NCBI GenBank assembly: GCA_963719145.1
Contig: CAVRAX010000001.1
Location: 71,544 to 135,543 of the forward strand
Reading direction: 5' to 3'
Origin: an uncultured Chloroflexia bacterium
Lineage (GTDB): Bacteria; Chloroflexota; Limnocylindria; Limnocylindrales; CSP1-4
Length of the DNA: 64,000 nucleotides
This document shows positions 17,955 to 26,377 of this stretch, in pieces (the stretch's first letter is position 1; each line of letters begins with the position of its first letter). A model generated the notes under the pieces. The model was not told the origin of the DNA. It made no database searches and was given only the letters and a program-made list of their open reading frames with translations. The position numbers and the translations under genes were made by a program.

Positions 17955-19301
17955 ATGATCGATCGACTGCCGCCCCAGAGCCTCGAGGCCGAGCAATCGG
18001 TTCTCGGCGCAATCCTGATCGACCGCGAGACGATCATCGAGGTCGCCGAGTTCCTGCGGCCGGAGGATTTCTACCGGCAGGCCAACGGGACCATCTATCG
18101 GGCGATGCTGGACCTCTTCGAGCGTCGAGAGCCGGTCGACATCGTCACGACCTCGGAGACGCTCGAGCGCAAGGACGAGCTCGAGGCGGTCGGTGGGCGG
18201 AGCTACCTGTCCACGCTCTCGAACCAGACGCCCACCGCGGTCCACGCGACCCAGTACGCGCGGATCGTCGAGCGCAAGGCGGTCCTCCGCAACCTGATCG
18301 GGGCCGCCGGCAAGATCGCCGGCATCGGGTATGAGGATCCGGCCGAGATCCAGGAGGCGATCGACCGCGCGGAGTCGGAGCTCTTCCAGGTCTCGAATCG
18401 CCGGATCACCGCCGGGTTCGCCCAGCTCCGGGACCTCCTCCACGCGGCCTACGATCGCCTCGACTACCTCCATGCCCATCGAGGCGAGCTCAGCGGCGTC
18501 ACCTCGGGATTCCCGGACCTGGATGCCCTCACGACCGGCTTTCAGAAGAGCGACCTGATCGTCGTCGCCGCCAGGCCGTCGGTCGGCAAGACGAGCTTCG
18601 CCCTGAACGTCGCCGAGTTCGCGGCGGTCCGGGAGCGACGGAGCGTCGGCCTCTTCAGCCTCGAGATGAGCAAGGAGCAGCTGGTCCTGCGCCTCCTCTC
18701 GAGCGTCGCCAACATCGACTCCAAGCGCCTCCGGACCGGGTTCCTCGAGGAGATGGACTTCGCCCGGATCGCGCCGGCGATGAACGACCTCTCCGAGGCA
18801 CCCGTCTACATCGATGACACGCCGAACATCACCTCGATGGAGCTCCGGACCAAGGCTCGTCGGCTCCAGGCGGAGTCGGGCCTGGACCTCGTCATCGTCG
18901 ACTACCTCCAGCTGATGCAGGCGACCACCCAGAACCGCGACAACAACCGCGTCCAGGAGGTCAGCGAGATCTCGCGTGGCCTCAAGGCACTCGCCCGCGA
19001 GCTCTCCGTTCCGGTCATCGCCCTCTCGCAGCTGTCCCGCCAGCCGGAGATGCGGGAATCCAAAGAACCGCGCCTGTCAGACCTGCGCGAGTCGGGCGCG
19101 ATCGAGCAGGATGCCGACCTCGTGATCTTCCTGTGGCGGGAAAAGGACAAGGGCGGAGAGGACGCGGAGACGGACGGCGAGGTCGTCAACATCAAGCTGG
19201 CGAAGCATCGGAACGGCCCCACGGGCGAGATCCAGCTCTGGTTCAAGAAGAGCCAGACCCGCTTCCAGAGCTATGCCGGCCAACGCTACGCCGAGACCTG
19301 A
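17955..19301 (+). CDS. dnaB: Replicative DNA helicase DnaB
   Basis: The internal ATG gives MIDRLPPQSLEAEQSVLGAIL (the DnaB N-terminus). It contains the Walker A motif (ARPSVGKTSFAL) and the H4 motif. 448 aa, no intein. Confidence 0.95.
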   Translation: MIDRLPPQSLEAEQSVLGAILIDRETIIEVAEFLRPEDFYRQANGTIYRAMLDLFERREPVDIVTTSETLERKDELEAVGGRSYLSTLSNQTPTAVHATQYARIVERKAVLRNLIGAAGKIAGIGYEDPAEIQEAIDRAESELFQVSNRRITAGFAQLRDLLHAAYDRLDYLHAHRGELSGVTSGFPDLDALTTGFQKSDLIVVAARPSVGKTSFALNVAEFAAVRERRSVGLFSLEMSKEQLVLRLLSSVANIDSKRLRTGFLEEMDFARIAPAMNDLSEAPVYIDDTPNITSMELRTKARRLQAESGLDLVIVDYLQLMQATTQNRDNNRVQEVSEISRGLKALARELSVPVIALSQLSRQPEMRESKEPRLSDLRESGAIEQDADLVIFLWREKDKGGEDAETDGEVVNIKLAKHRNGPTGEIQLWFKKSQTRFQSYAGQRYAET

Positions 19302-19351
19302 CCGCCCCCAAGTTCGGGTCTCTGCGGACGGTGGTCCTGAGCGGCTGAGGG

Positions 19352-20260
19352 TCAGTACGGCTCGTCCGGGAGGAGCGGCCGCAGGGCGAAGAAGTAGACG
19401 TTGCCGTCGGGACCGGAGAGGTCCAGACCGCTGAACCCTCCTTCGATCCCATCGAGTCCGAGCTTGTCGACCTCCGCCGCGGTCAGCGTCCGGACCGGGA
19501 GCGATGGTGCGCCAGGCTCCGAGTGCTGGACGAAGTCAGCGGGCGCAATCGAGGGCCAGGGCCAGTCCCTGGGCGGACCCTGCCAGTCCGGCGCCAGGAC
19601 GCCGCGCCAGCGATCCGGAGTCCAGAGCACCTCGCCGTCCACGACCGCGCCGTAGGCCCGGACCCTGTCGCCAAGCTCCGCCAGGGCCCCAAGGATCGGC
19701 GTGTCCGGGCCGTCCTCGCGATCCATGCCGAGGGCCATGACGCTCACCGTCCTGGTCTGCCTGGCGGCATTGATGGTGAAGATCGCGGTGGGCAGATCGG
19801 CCCCTGGCGCCGGGTAGGAGTCGCGGGCGACGCCGAGGCCGGCGTCGGCGATCGCGTAATGGAGGAAGACCTGGATCGCCACCTCGTCGAGGTGAGTCGT
19901 CTGGAACGGGACCATTCGCACGATGCCGTCCGCCGCCGGTGGTGGTGCCGCCGTGCCGTCTCGGAAGATGACCGTGCCGTCGCCGTAGAGGGTGAAGGTC
20001 GGCGCCTCGGTGGCGAAGAAGCCCATCGGCACGAATCCACCGCCTTCCTCGAAGCGAAACACGACGTCGGTGGATCCCATGGCATGGTCGATGTCGCCGT
20101 CCGTCCCCGTCGCGGGGCTGGGGCTCGGGCCGGACGTACCGCCGGGCAGCGGGCTGGTCGGGCCCGAGGCGTTGCAGGCGACGGTTGCGACCGTGGCGGC
20201 CAGCAACAGGAGGCCTCGTAGCCGGTCGGGCGCATCGAGGCGGGCGAGGAGGGTCTTCAT
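19352..20260 (-). CDS. Hypothetical lipoprotein
   Basis: 302 aa with a signal peptide and lipobox (TVACN). It has Pro/Gly-rich linkers. Confidence 0.6.
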   Translation of the reverse strand: MKTLLARLDAPDRLRGLLLLAATVATVACNASGPTSPLPGGTSGPSPSPATGTDGDIDHAMGSTDVVFRFEEGGGFVPMGFFATEAPTFTLYGDGTVIFRDGTAAPPPAADGIVRMVPFQTTHLDEVAIQVFLHYAIADAGLGVARDSYPAPGADLPTAIFTINAARQTRTVSVMALGMDREDGPDTPILGALAELGDRVRAYGAVVDGEVLWTPDRWRGVLAPDWQGPPRDWPWPSIAPADFVQHSEPGAPSLPVRTLTAAEVDKLGLDGIEGGFSGLDLSGPDGNVYFFALRPLLPDEPY

Positions 20261-20563
20261 GGGGCATCCGACGTCCGGCGCCGTCCGCCGGTTCCTCGGC
20301 CGCCGGCGTCAGTAGCAGGCGCACGGCCTGGCCGAGCTGCTCGTCGGGGTCCGGCAGGAGACGCGCCACCATCGAGTGCCAGAACGCGCCACGATCGATC
20401 GGCCGGACGGGTATCCTCGCGGAGAGGATTTTCCCGGGCCTACATGCCCGGGCGGAACCGAGCGCGTGCGAGCAGCCCCGCCGGCGACACCGTCTGGTCG
20501 CGGCTCGTCCCGCGTTTGCGGTCCCGATCTCGGTCGCGCGTCCGAGATGGAGGGAACGAGAGC

Positions 20564-20878
20564 GTGTACGAGGACCGCACGCTGTCCTGCCGCGACTGCG
20601 GCGAGGCATTCATCTTCTCGGCCGGCGAACAACGCTTCTTCGCGGAGAAGGGCCTCACCAATGACCCGCAGCGCTGCCTCGACTGCCGGGCGGCAGCGAA
20701 ACAGGCTCGCTCGGGCGCCGGTCCCCGGCAATACCATGCTGCCGTCTGCGGTGCCTGCGGGAATCAGGCCATGGTCCCATTTGCGCCGCGGACCGACCGC
20801 CCGGTCTATTGCAGCACCTGCTACGACAAGGTCCGGGCCGGCCTCATCGAACCGCCCGTTGCGCCCGCAGACGCCTGA
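20564..20878 (+). CDS. Zinc-ribbon domain protein (two CxxC pairs plus a second C-rich cluster)
   Basis: GTG start behind GGAGGG. Contains CRDCGEAFIFSAGEQRFFAEKGLTNDPQRCLDCR, then CGACGNQ...CSTC. Confidence 0.6.
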   Translation: MYEDRTLSCRDCGEAFIFSAGEQRFFAEKGLTNDPQRCLDCRAAAKQARSGAGPRQYHAAVCGACGNQAMVPFAPRTDRPVYCSTCYDKVRAGLIEPPVAPADA

Positions 20879-21079
20879 CCAGCATCTCGCGGACCGGGGC
20901 ACGGCCACGACGCGACCCGGCCCGGCGCCGCCGGCCGGCCCGCTTTGTTGGCGCCGTGGGCGACCGGCTTCGCCGGCGCCCGCCGCGGGCGACCGGCTTC
21001 GCCGGCGCCGTCCGGTCGCGTCCCCTGCGCGCCGTAGACTGTCCGGACCGCAGCAGGGCCGTCGCCCGAGGAGGATCGC

Positions 21080-21283
21080 GTGGGCGTCATCATCATCCGG
21101 GAGATGGTCGGCACGAGCCCGAGCTCGTGGAGCGATGCCGCTCGGCAGGCCGTCGCCACCGCGTCGCGGACGGTGCGCAACATCAGGACGGTCGAGGTCG
21201 TGCAGTCGACGGCCAGGGTCGAGGACGGCGAGATTGTCGAGTATCGCGTCGAGATCAAGATCGGTTTCGAGTACGAGGGCTGA
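21080..21283 (+). CDS. Dodecin (small flavin-binding protein)
   Basis: 67 aa (MVGTSPSSWSDAARQAVATASRTVRNIRTVEVVQSTARVEDGEIVEYRVEIKIGFEYEG) with full dodecin-family similarity. GTG start behind AGGAGG. Confidence 0.85.
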   Translation: MGVIIIREMVGTSPSSWSDAARQAVATASRTVRNIRTVEVVQSTARVEDGEIVEYRVEIKIGFEYEG

Positions 21284-21640
21284 CCGGGCCGACGGCCGAA
21301 ACCGGCGACCATTGGTCGACTCGTTGACCGCCGGACGAGCCCGGGGCCGGTCGCAGCTAATCGCCGGGTGAGCGTTTGCCGCCACCATGGCGGCATGCCC
21401 AGCCCTCGACCGGCCGCGGTCGCGCGCCAAGCCTCGACTCCCGACTCGAACCGGAGGGCGGAGCTTGAGGCTCGCGTTGACACGGCCCGCGCGCCGTCCG
21501 TAGAGTTCGCGCCGCCTGGGCCCCCCATTCGCGAGTCGGACCCGAACGTCGAACCCGACCGGCAGGCGCGGATGCCGGTTGGACCGGGCCGACCGGCGGA
21601 GCCCGCGCCCAACCACGCTCCTGGAGGCCCGCTCGGCTCG

Positions 21641-24600
21641 ATGCCCGAGTACCCGGTTCAGATCAGCAAGGTCCAGGCGCCACCCCTCCGCGACGAGACG
21701 CTCGAGCGGGTCCGCCTCCTCGAGTGGTTGCACGTCAAGGTCCATCGGCGGGTGGTCCTGGTGACCGCCGAGGCCGGCTACGGCAAGACGACCCTGCTGG
21801 CGGACTTCAGCCGGCGCAGCCGGGTTCGCGCGCTCTGGTTCCGCCTCGACCGCGGCGATCGAGACTGGGTCGGCTTCCTCGCCTATCTCGTGGCTGCGTT
21901 GAGGATCCACCTGCCGACGTTTGCGCCGGTCACCCAGTCCCTGCTTCGAGAGACCGGGGCGACGGCTCCACCGCGGAGCACGGTGCTCGACACCTTCATC
22001 CGAGAGCTGGGCGAGCTCCCTCCCGACCCAACGGCCCTCATACTCGACGACCTTCACGCGGTCGACGACTCGGTGGACGTCAAGATCATCCTGCGCGAGC
22101 TGCTCGCGCGAGCCCCGGAGCGCCTGACGTTCGTCTTCATCAGCCGAAGACCACCGCCCGTCCCGCTGGCCCGCTTGCGCGCCCTCGGCGAGGTCGCCGA
22201 GCTGCGCACGGCCGAGCTCCGGTTCGATCCGGGCGAGACTGAGCAGCTCTTCCGGGAGACCTATTCGCTTGCCCTGGAGCCATCGGTTGCGGCCGAGCTT
22301 TCACGGCGAACCGAGGGCTGGGCCGCGTCCCTGCAGCTCGTTCGGACCGCCATCCGCGACAGGAGCCAGAGTGAGATCCGCGCATTCGTGAGCTCCTTGA
22401 GCGGCGCCGAGGGCGACCTCTACGACTACCTGGCTGAAGAGGTCGTAGGCGAACTTGCGTCGGATCTCCAGCAATTCCTGATGAAGACGTCGCTTCTCGA
22501 CACCGTCGAGCCGGTGCTCGGAAGCGTCGCGGCAGGAACCTCGCCCGAAGCCACGCGCGCCGCGATCACCGAGGGGGAGCTCATCGGCCTGTTCAGCCGG
22601 ACAGGCCCGCACACTCGCGACCAGGTCCGCGCCCATCCTCTCGTCCGGGACTTCCTGCAGGCCCGCCTCCTTCGTTCGGTTGGCCGGGAGGCGGTCGTCG
22701 CGATCCACCACGCCGTCGCGGTGGCTGCCGAACCGATCGACTGGCGGATCTCCGGCCACCACTACGTCGCCGCCGGCAGCACGGACGACGCTCGACGCGT
22801 CCTTGCCGACGCCATCGAATCAATCCTCGCAACTGGCGAATACGCGGCGGCTGAGGAGCTCGCGACCACGCTACCCGAAGCGGCAACACCAGATCCAAAC
22901 GTCCTCGTCGTCTTGTCGCGGACCGCGCAGCAGCGGGGCGAATCGGAGGTGGGCCGTGCATTCGCAGAGGCGGCATTCGGGGTCGAACCCGCGAAGCCTG
23001 CCGTGGTGCTGACCCTCGTGACAGCCCGACTGTGGGCCGGAGACATCTCTGGGGCGCTGACCGCGCTTGAGGGTCTCGAAGGCGCTCCCGGCAGCGCAAG
23101 CATTGCCTTGATGGCGCGCTCAATCCGACTGATGATCGCGTGCTCGGTCGATGGAAACCTCTCTACCGCAGCAGGCGCGCTCGAGAGCCTGGGCGCCATG
23201 CTCCGTGACCAATCGCAGCTTCACTTCTTGGGCGTTGCTCTGACGAACCTCGCGTACATCAGGAAGGCACAAGGGCGGGCGCCTGAGGCTCTGTCAATCG
23301 CAACCGAGGCGATAGGCGATCTTGAGTCCACGTCCGGAGGCATCGAGCTTGTCTCAGCGCGACTCGTGCGCGGCTGGGCCCTCGCGCACCTCGGTGACCT
23401 CGATTCCGCGCGTGACGAGATCGCGATTGCGTCGATCGCTGCAACGCCAGCTCAGGCGATCGAAGTTGCCTGGGAGGCTTGTGAGGTCGAGTTGCTCTAT
23501 GGAGACCCGAATCGAGCGAGCGATTGGGTAGAACCATTTGATGCGGTCCCTGCCGGGAGCGATCACGGTGAGCAGATCGCCCTCGTCGCCATCCATACGG
23601 ACCTACTGCTGGGCCGCCACGAGAAGGCCGCCACGAGGATTCTGGAACTTGTGCCTGGAGCTCCGAGAACCACGGTCGCATTCGAAGTCCGCCGCCTCCT
23701 TGTTGGAGCGCTCGCCTATGTCCTCGGCGCAGTCGCGGAAGGCTCGACGAAGGCCACAGCGGCCGTGGAGCTGGCGACCCGACAAGGCGCCGACCTTTGG
23801 TCCAGAGTCGCATCGATCCTCGCTGCGGCCTCGGAGGGCCGCGCCATTTCGCCGTTGATCCTGAGATCCGCTGGCCGGGATCCGGCAATCATGTCGATTT
23901 GTGCCGACACGGTTGCGCTGAGGCTAGGGGCGCTTGAGCAACCCGCGCTCGAGGCTGTTCAGCAGGAGGCCTCAAAGCGCAAGGAGCGATGGCGGCCAGC
24001 GCTCAGGCGCGCTTTGGAAGATGAGAATGACCGCACCCAGTACGCTGCTGCCATATTGCTCGATCGCGTCGGTTCAGCCGAAGACGTGTCTCGGCTGCGG
24101 CGAGCCGCACGAAACCTTCGATCACACCCCGACTCCTCGACTCTTGGCCGAGGCCTCGCGCGCCGGCTAGCTCCGCGCGTCGAGATCGAGGACCTGGGGA
24201 GGGTTCAACTTCGGATAGGCGACCGCGTAGTGGATGGCTCGACCATGCGACGCAAGGTACTTGCGCTCCTCTGCTACCTGATCACACGTCCAGGACAGAG
24301 TTCAACCCGAGAGGAGGTGCTCGAGGCGCTTTGGCCATCGCTCGCCCCGTCAACAGCGCTGAATTCCCTGAACCAGACTGTCTACTTCCTGCGCCGGGTG
24401 TTCGAGCCCACGTTCTCCGAAGATATTACGGCCGGATACCTCGGCCAAGACGGCGAGACCGTTTGGCTGGACCAAGAGCTGTTGAGTGCCAAGAGTCAGC
24501 GCTGCCGAGACATGATCCGGACCATGCCCGGAACACCTCGCCCCGAGGACGTCCTGACCTTGGCTGAGCTCTATAGGGGGCGATTTGCGCTCGACTTCAT

Positions 24601-24886
24601 GTACGAAGAGTGGGCAGGCGGCTACCGAGACTCGCTGCACGCTTCATATCTGCGGGTCGTAGAGGCCTCGTTGCGCCTAGACACAGACACAGGGCACTAT
24701 GCCCGTGGAATCGCCGTGGCCGAACTTGCGGCGGAGGTCGAACCGGACTCCGAGGAACTCCAGGTCGCGCTCTTGCGCCTCTATCGGCTTGCTGGGTCCT
24801 TCGCGGCTGCAGCCGAGCAGTACGGACACTATTCGCAGACGCTTCGCGAGATCGGAGTCGAGCCACAGCCGTTCGGCTCGCTCTAG
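21641..24886 (+). CDS. Large transcriptional regulator: MalT-like STAND ATPase N-terminus, helical/TPR-like middle region, C-terminal SARP module (OmpR-type wHTH + BTAD)
   Basis: The N-terminus (MPEYPVQISKVQAPPLRDETLERVRLLEWL...VLVTAEAGYGKTTLLADF...WFRLDRGD) resembles the MalT N-terminus with a Walker A motif. The C-terminus has a winged helix (RVQLRIGDRVVDGS...RRKVLALLCYLITRPGQSSTREEVLEALWP...LNQTVYFLRRVFE) followed by a BTAD. The start was trimmed to the ATG at 21641. The track start at 21368 is an alternative. Confidence 0.8.
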   Translation: MPEYPVQISKVQAPPLRDETLERVRLLEWLHVKVHRRVVLVTAEAGYGKTTLLADFSRRSRVRALWFRLDRGDRDWVGFLAYLVAALRIHLPTFAPVTQSLLRETGATAPPRSTVLDTFIRELGELPPDPTALILDDLHAVDDSVDVKIILRELLARAPERLTFVFISRRPPPVPLARLRALGEVAELRTAELRFDPGETEQLFRETYSLALEPSVAAELSRRTEGWAASLQLVRTAIRDRSQSEIRAFVSSLSGAEGDLYDYLAEEVVGELASDLQQFLMKTSLLDTVEPVLGSVAAGTSPEATRAAITEGELIGLFSRTGPHTRDQVRAHPLVRDFLQARLLRSVGREAVVAIHHAVAVAAEPIDWRISGHHYVAAGSTDDARRVLADAIESILATGEYAAAEELATTLPEAATPDPNVLVVLSRTAQQRGESEVGRAFAEAAFGVEPAKPAVVLTLVTARLWAGDISGALTALEGLEGAPGSASIALMARSIRLMIACSVDGNLSTAAGALESLGAMLRDQSQLHFLGVALTNLAYIRKAQGRAPEALSIATEAIGDLESTSGGIELVSARLVRGWALAHLGDLDSARDEIAIASIAATPAQAIEVAWEACEVELLYGDPNRASDWVEPFDAVPAGSDHGEQIALVAIHTDLLLGRHEKAATRILELVPGAPRTTVAFEVRRLLVGALAYVLGAVAEGSTKATAAVELATRQGADLWSRVASILAAASEGRAISPLILRSAGRDPAIMSICADTVALRLGALEQPALEAVQQEASKRKERWRPALRRALEDENDRTQYAAAILLDRVGSAEDVSRLRRAARNLRSHPDSSTLGRGLARRLAPRVEIEDLGRVQLRIGDRVVDGSTMRRKVLALLCYLITRPGQSSTREEVLEALWPSLAPSTALNSLNQTVYFLRRVFEPTFSEDITAGYLGQDGETVWLDQELLSAKSQRCRDMIRTMPGTPRPEDVLTLAELYRGRFALDFMYEEWAGGYRDSLHASYLRVVEASLRLDTDTGHYARGIAVAELAAEVEPDSEELQVALLRLYRLAGSFAAAAEQYGHYSQTLREIGVEPQPFGSL

Positions 24887-24887
24887 A

Positions 24888-25921
24888 TGTGATTCATGAG
24901 GACGTTGTTGACAGGTGAGAGCCCTGTCCGTGGGATTTGGGGTGTCTGGCTCCAAACCACGGGAGGGCTCTCACGATGCATCGTACGGCGAAGCTGACGG
25001 TGTTCGGCAGGCGGCTGCTGGTCGAACGGATCGAGCTTGAGGCTTGGCCGATCGCCCATGCCGCGGCGATGACCGGCGTGAGCCGCCAGACGGCCACCAA
25101 GTGGGTCCGGCGGTACCGGGCCGAGGGCCTGACCGGTCTCGAGGATCGCAGCTCCCGGCCGCATCGCTCGCCCCGCAGGCTCACGCCGGAGCGGGTCGCG
25201 GCGATCCTCGCCGCCCGCCACGAGCTGGGGTACGGCCCGCATCGCCTGGCGCCGGTCGTCGGCAGCCCGCGCTCGACGATCGGTGACGTCCTGCGCCGTC
25301 ATGGCCTGTCCCGGCTACGTGACCGCGACCGGCCGTCGGGTGTCCCGATCCGCTATGTCCGAGAGCGACCGGGCGAGCTCCTCCACATCGACGTCAAGAA
25401 GCTGGGGCGGATCCCCGACGGTGGCGGCCATCGGTTCCGCGGCCGGGGCAACGGCACACCCAAGGCGCGGTCCGGCTACGACTACGTCCATCAGGCCATC
25501 GATGACATGAGCCGGGTGGCCTATGTCGACGTCTTCGCCGACGAGCGTGGTCCGACCTGCGCCGCGTTCCTGCGCGATGCCGCGGCGTGGTTTGCTCGGC
25601 AGGGTGTCCGGATCGAGCGGGTCATGACCGACAACGCCCGCAACTACACCGTTTCGCGTGACTTCCAGGCGGCCCTCAGCGACCTCGGAGCCCGCCACAA
25701 GCGGACCCGCTTCCACCGGCCGCAGACCAACGGCAAGAGCGAGCGCTTCAACCGGACCCTGCTCGACGAGTGGGCCTACACCCGCCCGTACACGTCCAAC
25801 AACGAGCGGTTGCTCGCCCTGCCAGACTTCGTCGATCACTACAACAACCACCGACCCCACACCGCGCTGAACGGGCTCACGCCGATGGCGGTCCTCGTCA
25901 ACAACGTGTCCGGGAATCACA
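24888..25921 (+). mobile_element. IS481-family insertion sequence (~1034 bp) with imperfect terminal IRs and 6-bp TCTAGA target-site duplications
   Basis: The left IR is TGTGATTCATGAGGACGTTGTTGACAGG. The reverse complement of the right IR is TGTGATTCCCGGACACGTTGTTGACGAGG. TCTAGA flanks both ends (24882-24887 and 25922-25927). The NCTAGN target preference and TGTG termini are typical of IS481. Confidence 0.85.
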
Positions 25922-25926
25922 TCTAG
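24976..25926 (+). CDS. IS481-family transposase (DDE, rve integrase core)
   Basis: Starts MHRTAKLTVFGRRLLVERIELEAWPIAHAAAMTGVSRQTATKWVRRYR (HTH), followed by the rve core (LHIDVKKLG...DNARNY...TNGKSERFNRTL). Preceded by GGGAGGG. Confidence 0.9.
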   Translation: MHRTAKLTVFGRRLLVERIELEAWPIAHAAAMTGVSRQTATKWVRRYRAEGLTGLEDRSSRPHRSPRRLTPERVAAILAARHELGYGPHRLAPVVGSPRSTIGDVLRRHGLSRLRDRDRPSGVPIRYVRERPGELLHIDVKKLGRIPDGGGHRFRGRGNGTPKARSGYDYVHQAIDDMSRVAYVDVFADERGPTCAAFLRDAAAWFARQGVRIERVMTDNARNYTVSRDFQAALSDLGARHKRTRFHRPQTNGKSERFNRTLLDEWAYTRPYTSNNERLLALPDFVDHYNNHRPHTALNGLTPMAVLVNNVSGNHI

Positions 25927-26092
25927 ATCTAGAGCCCGATAGGTACAGATGCGTATTGACCGGTTTAGTTTGGGATCCCTATAGTCCTGACACTTCGTAG
26001 TACTCACGTACTAGGGAGCTCAGCCTAAAACGCTCGGACGCGCTGAAGCCGCACCTGAAATGGGCACTTAGGGTGGGGCGGAGCGAGTAGTG

Positions 26093-26125
26093 CAACCGAC
26101 CGACCACGTGTCTGGTCGGTTTTCG
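26093..26125 (+). terminator. Intrinsic terminator-like hairpin with a T-run
   Basis: gaCCGACCAcgtgtcTGGTCGGttttcgcgtcttt. This is probably the original terminator of the regulator gene, displaced about 1.2 kb by the IS insertion. Confidence 0.5.
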
Positions 26126-26210
26126 CGTCTTTACGATGCGGAGGCCGCAAGGAGGAACGAGCGTGCAGCCGGAAAGCACCCTTAAGGGCTTCTAGGTCGA
26201 GGAGATCGGC

Positions 26211-26300
26211 ATGAAAGCCCGAATCGTCCGATTGGCGATCACCTTGAGCGCCATTGCCGCCACAGCACTCGCCGGAGGGGCCACCCTCAAGGGCTTCTAG
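26211..26300 (+). CDS. Tiny hydrophobic ORF (29 aa, MKARIVRLAITLSAIAATALAGGATLKGF), speculative
   Basis: ATG behind GAGGAG. A 10-aa ORF 15 nt upstream (GTG behind AAGGAGG) ends with the same TLKGF-stop, encoded by a repeated CACCCTYAAGGGCTTCTAG element. Coding status is unproven. Confidence 0.25.
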   Translation: MKARIVRLAITLSAIAATALAGGATLKGF

Positions 26301-26377
26301 TACGTCTTGGCCATTCGGTCGCCCCAGCAAATGGGCGTAGAGTTTCGGACCGAAGGTCGAGGTCGTACGAAGAGCAA

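Noticed and set aside
17955-19301. Intein in DnaB
   Set aside because: The protein is 448 aa and colinear with intein-free DnaB. There is no insertion between H1/H4 motifs.
20309-22057. 582-aa minus-strand ORF
   Set aside because: Low-complexity, opposite the zinc-ribbon, dodecin and regulator genes that have recognisable domains and RBSs.
26000-26090. c-di-GMP-I (GEMM) riboswitch upstream of the HD-GYP gene
   Set aside because: Conserved segments (GGACGC..AAGCC, CCTAAAAC) are present but in the wrong order relative to the GEMM consensus, and no P1/P2 pairing could be drawn. Kept only as a structured-leader finding.
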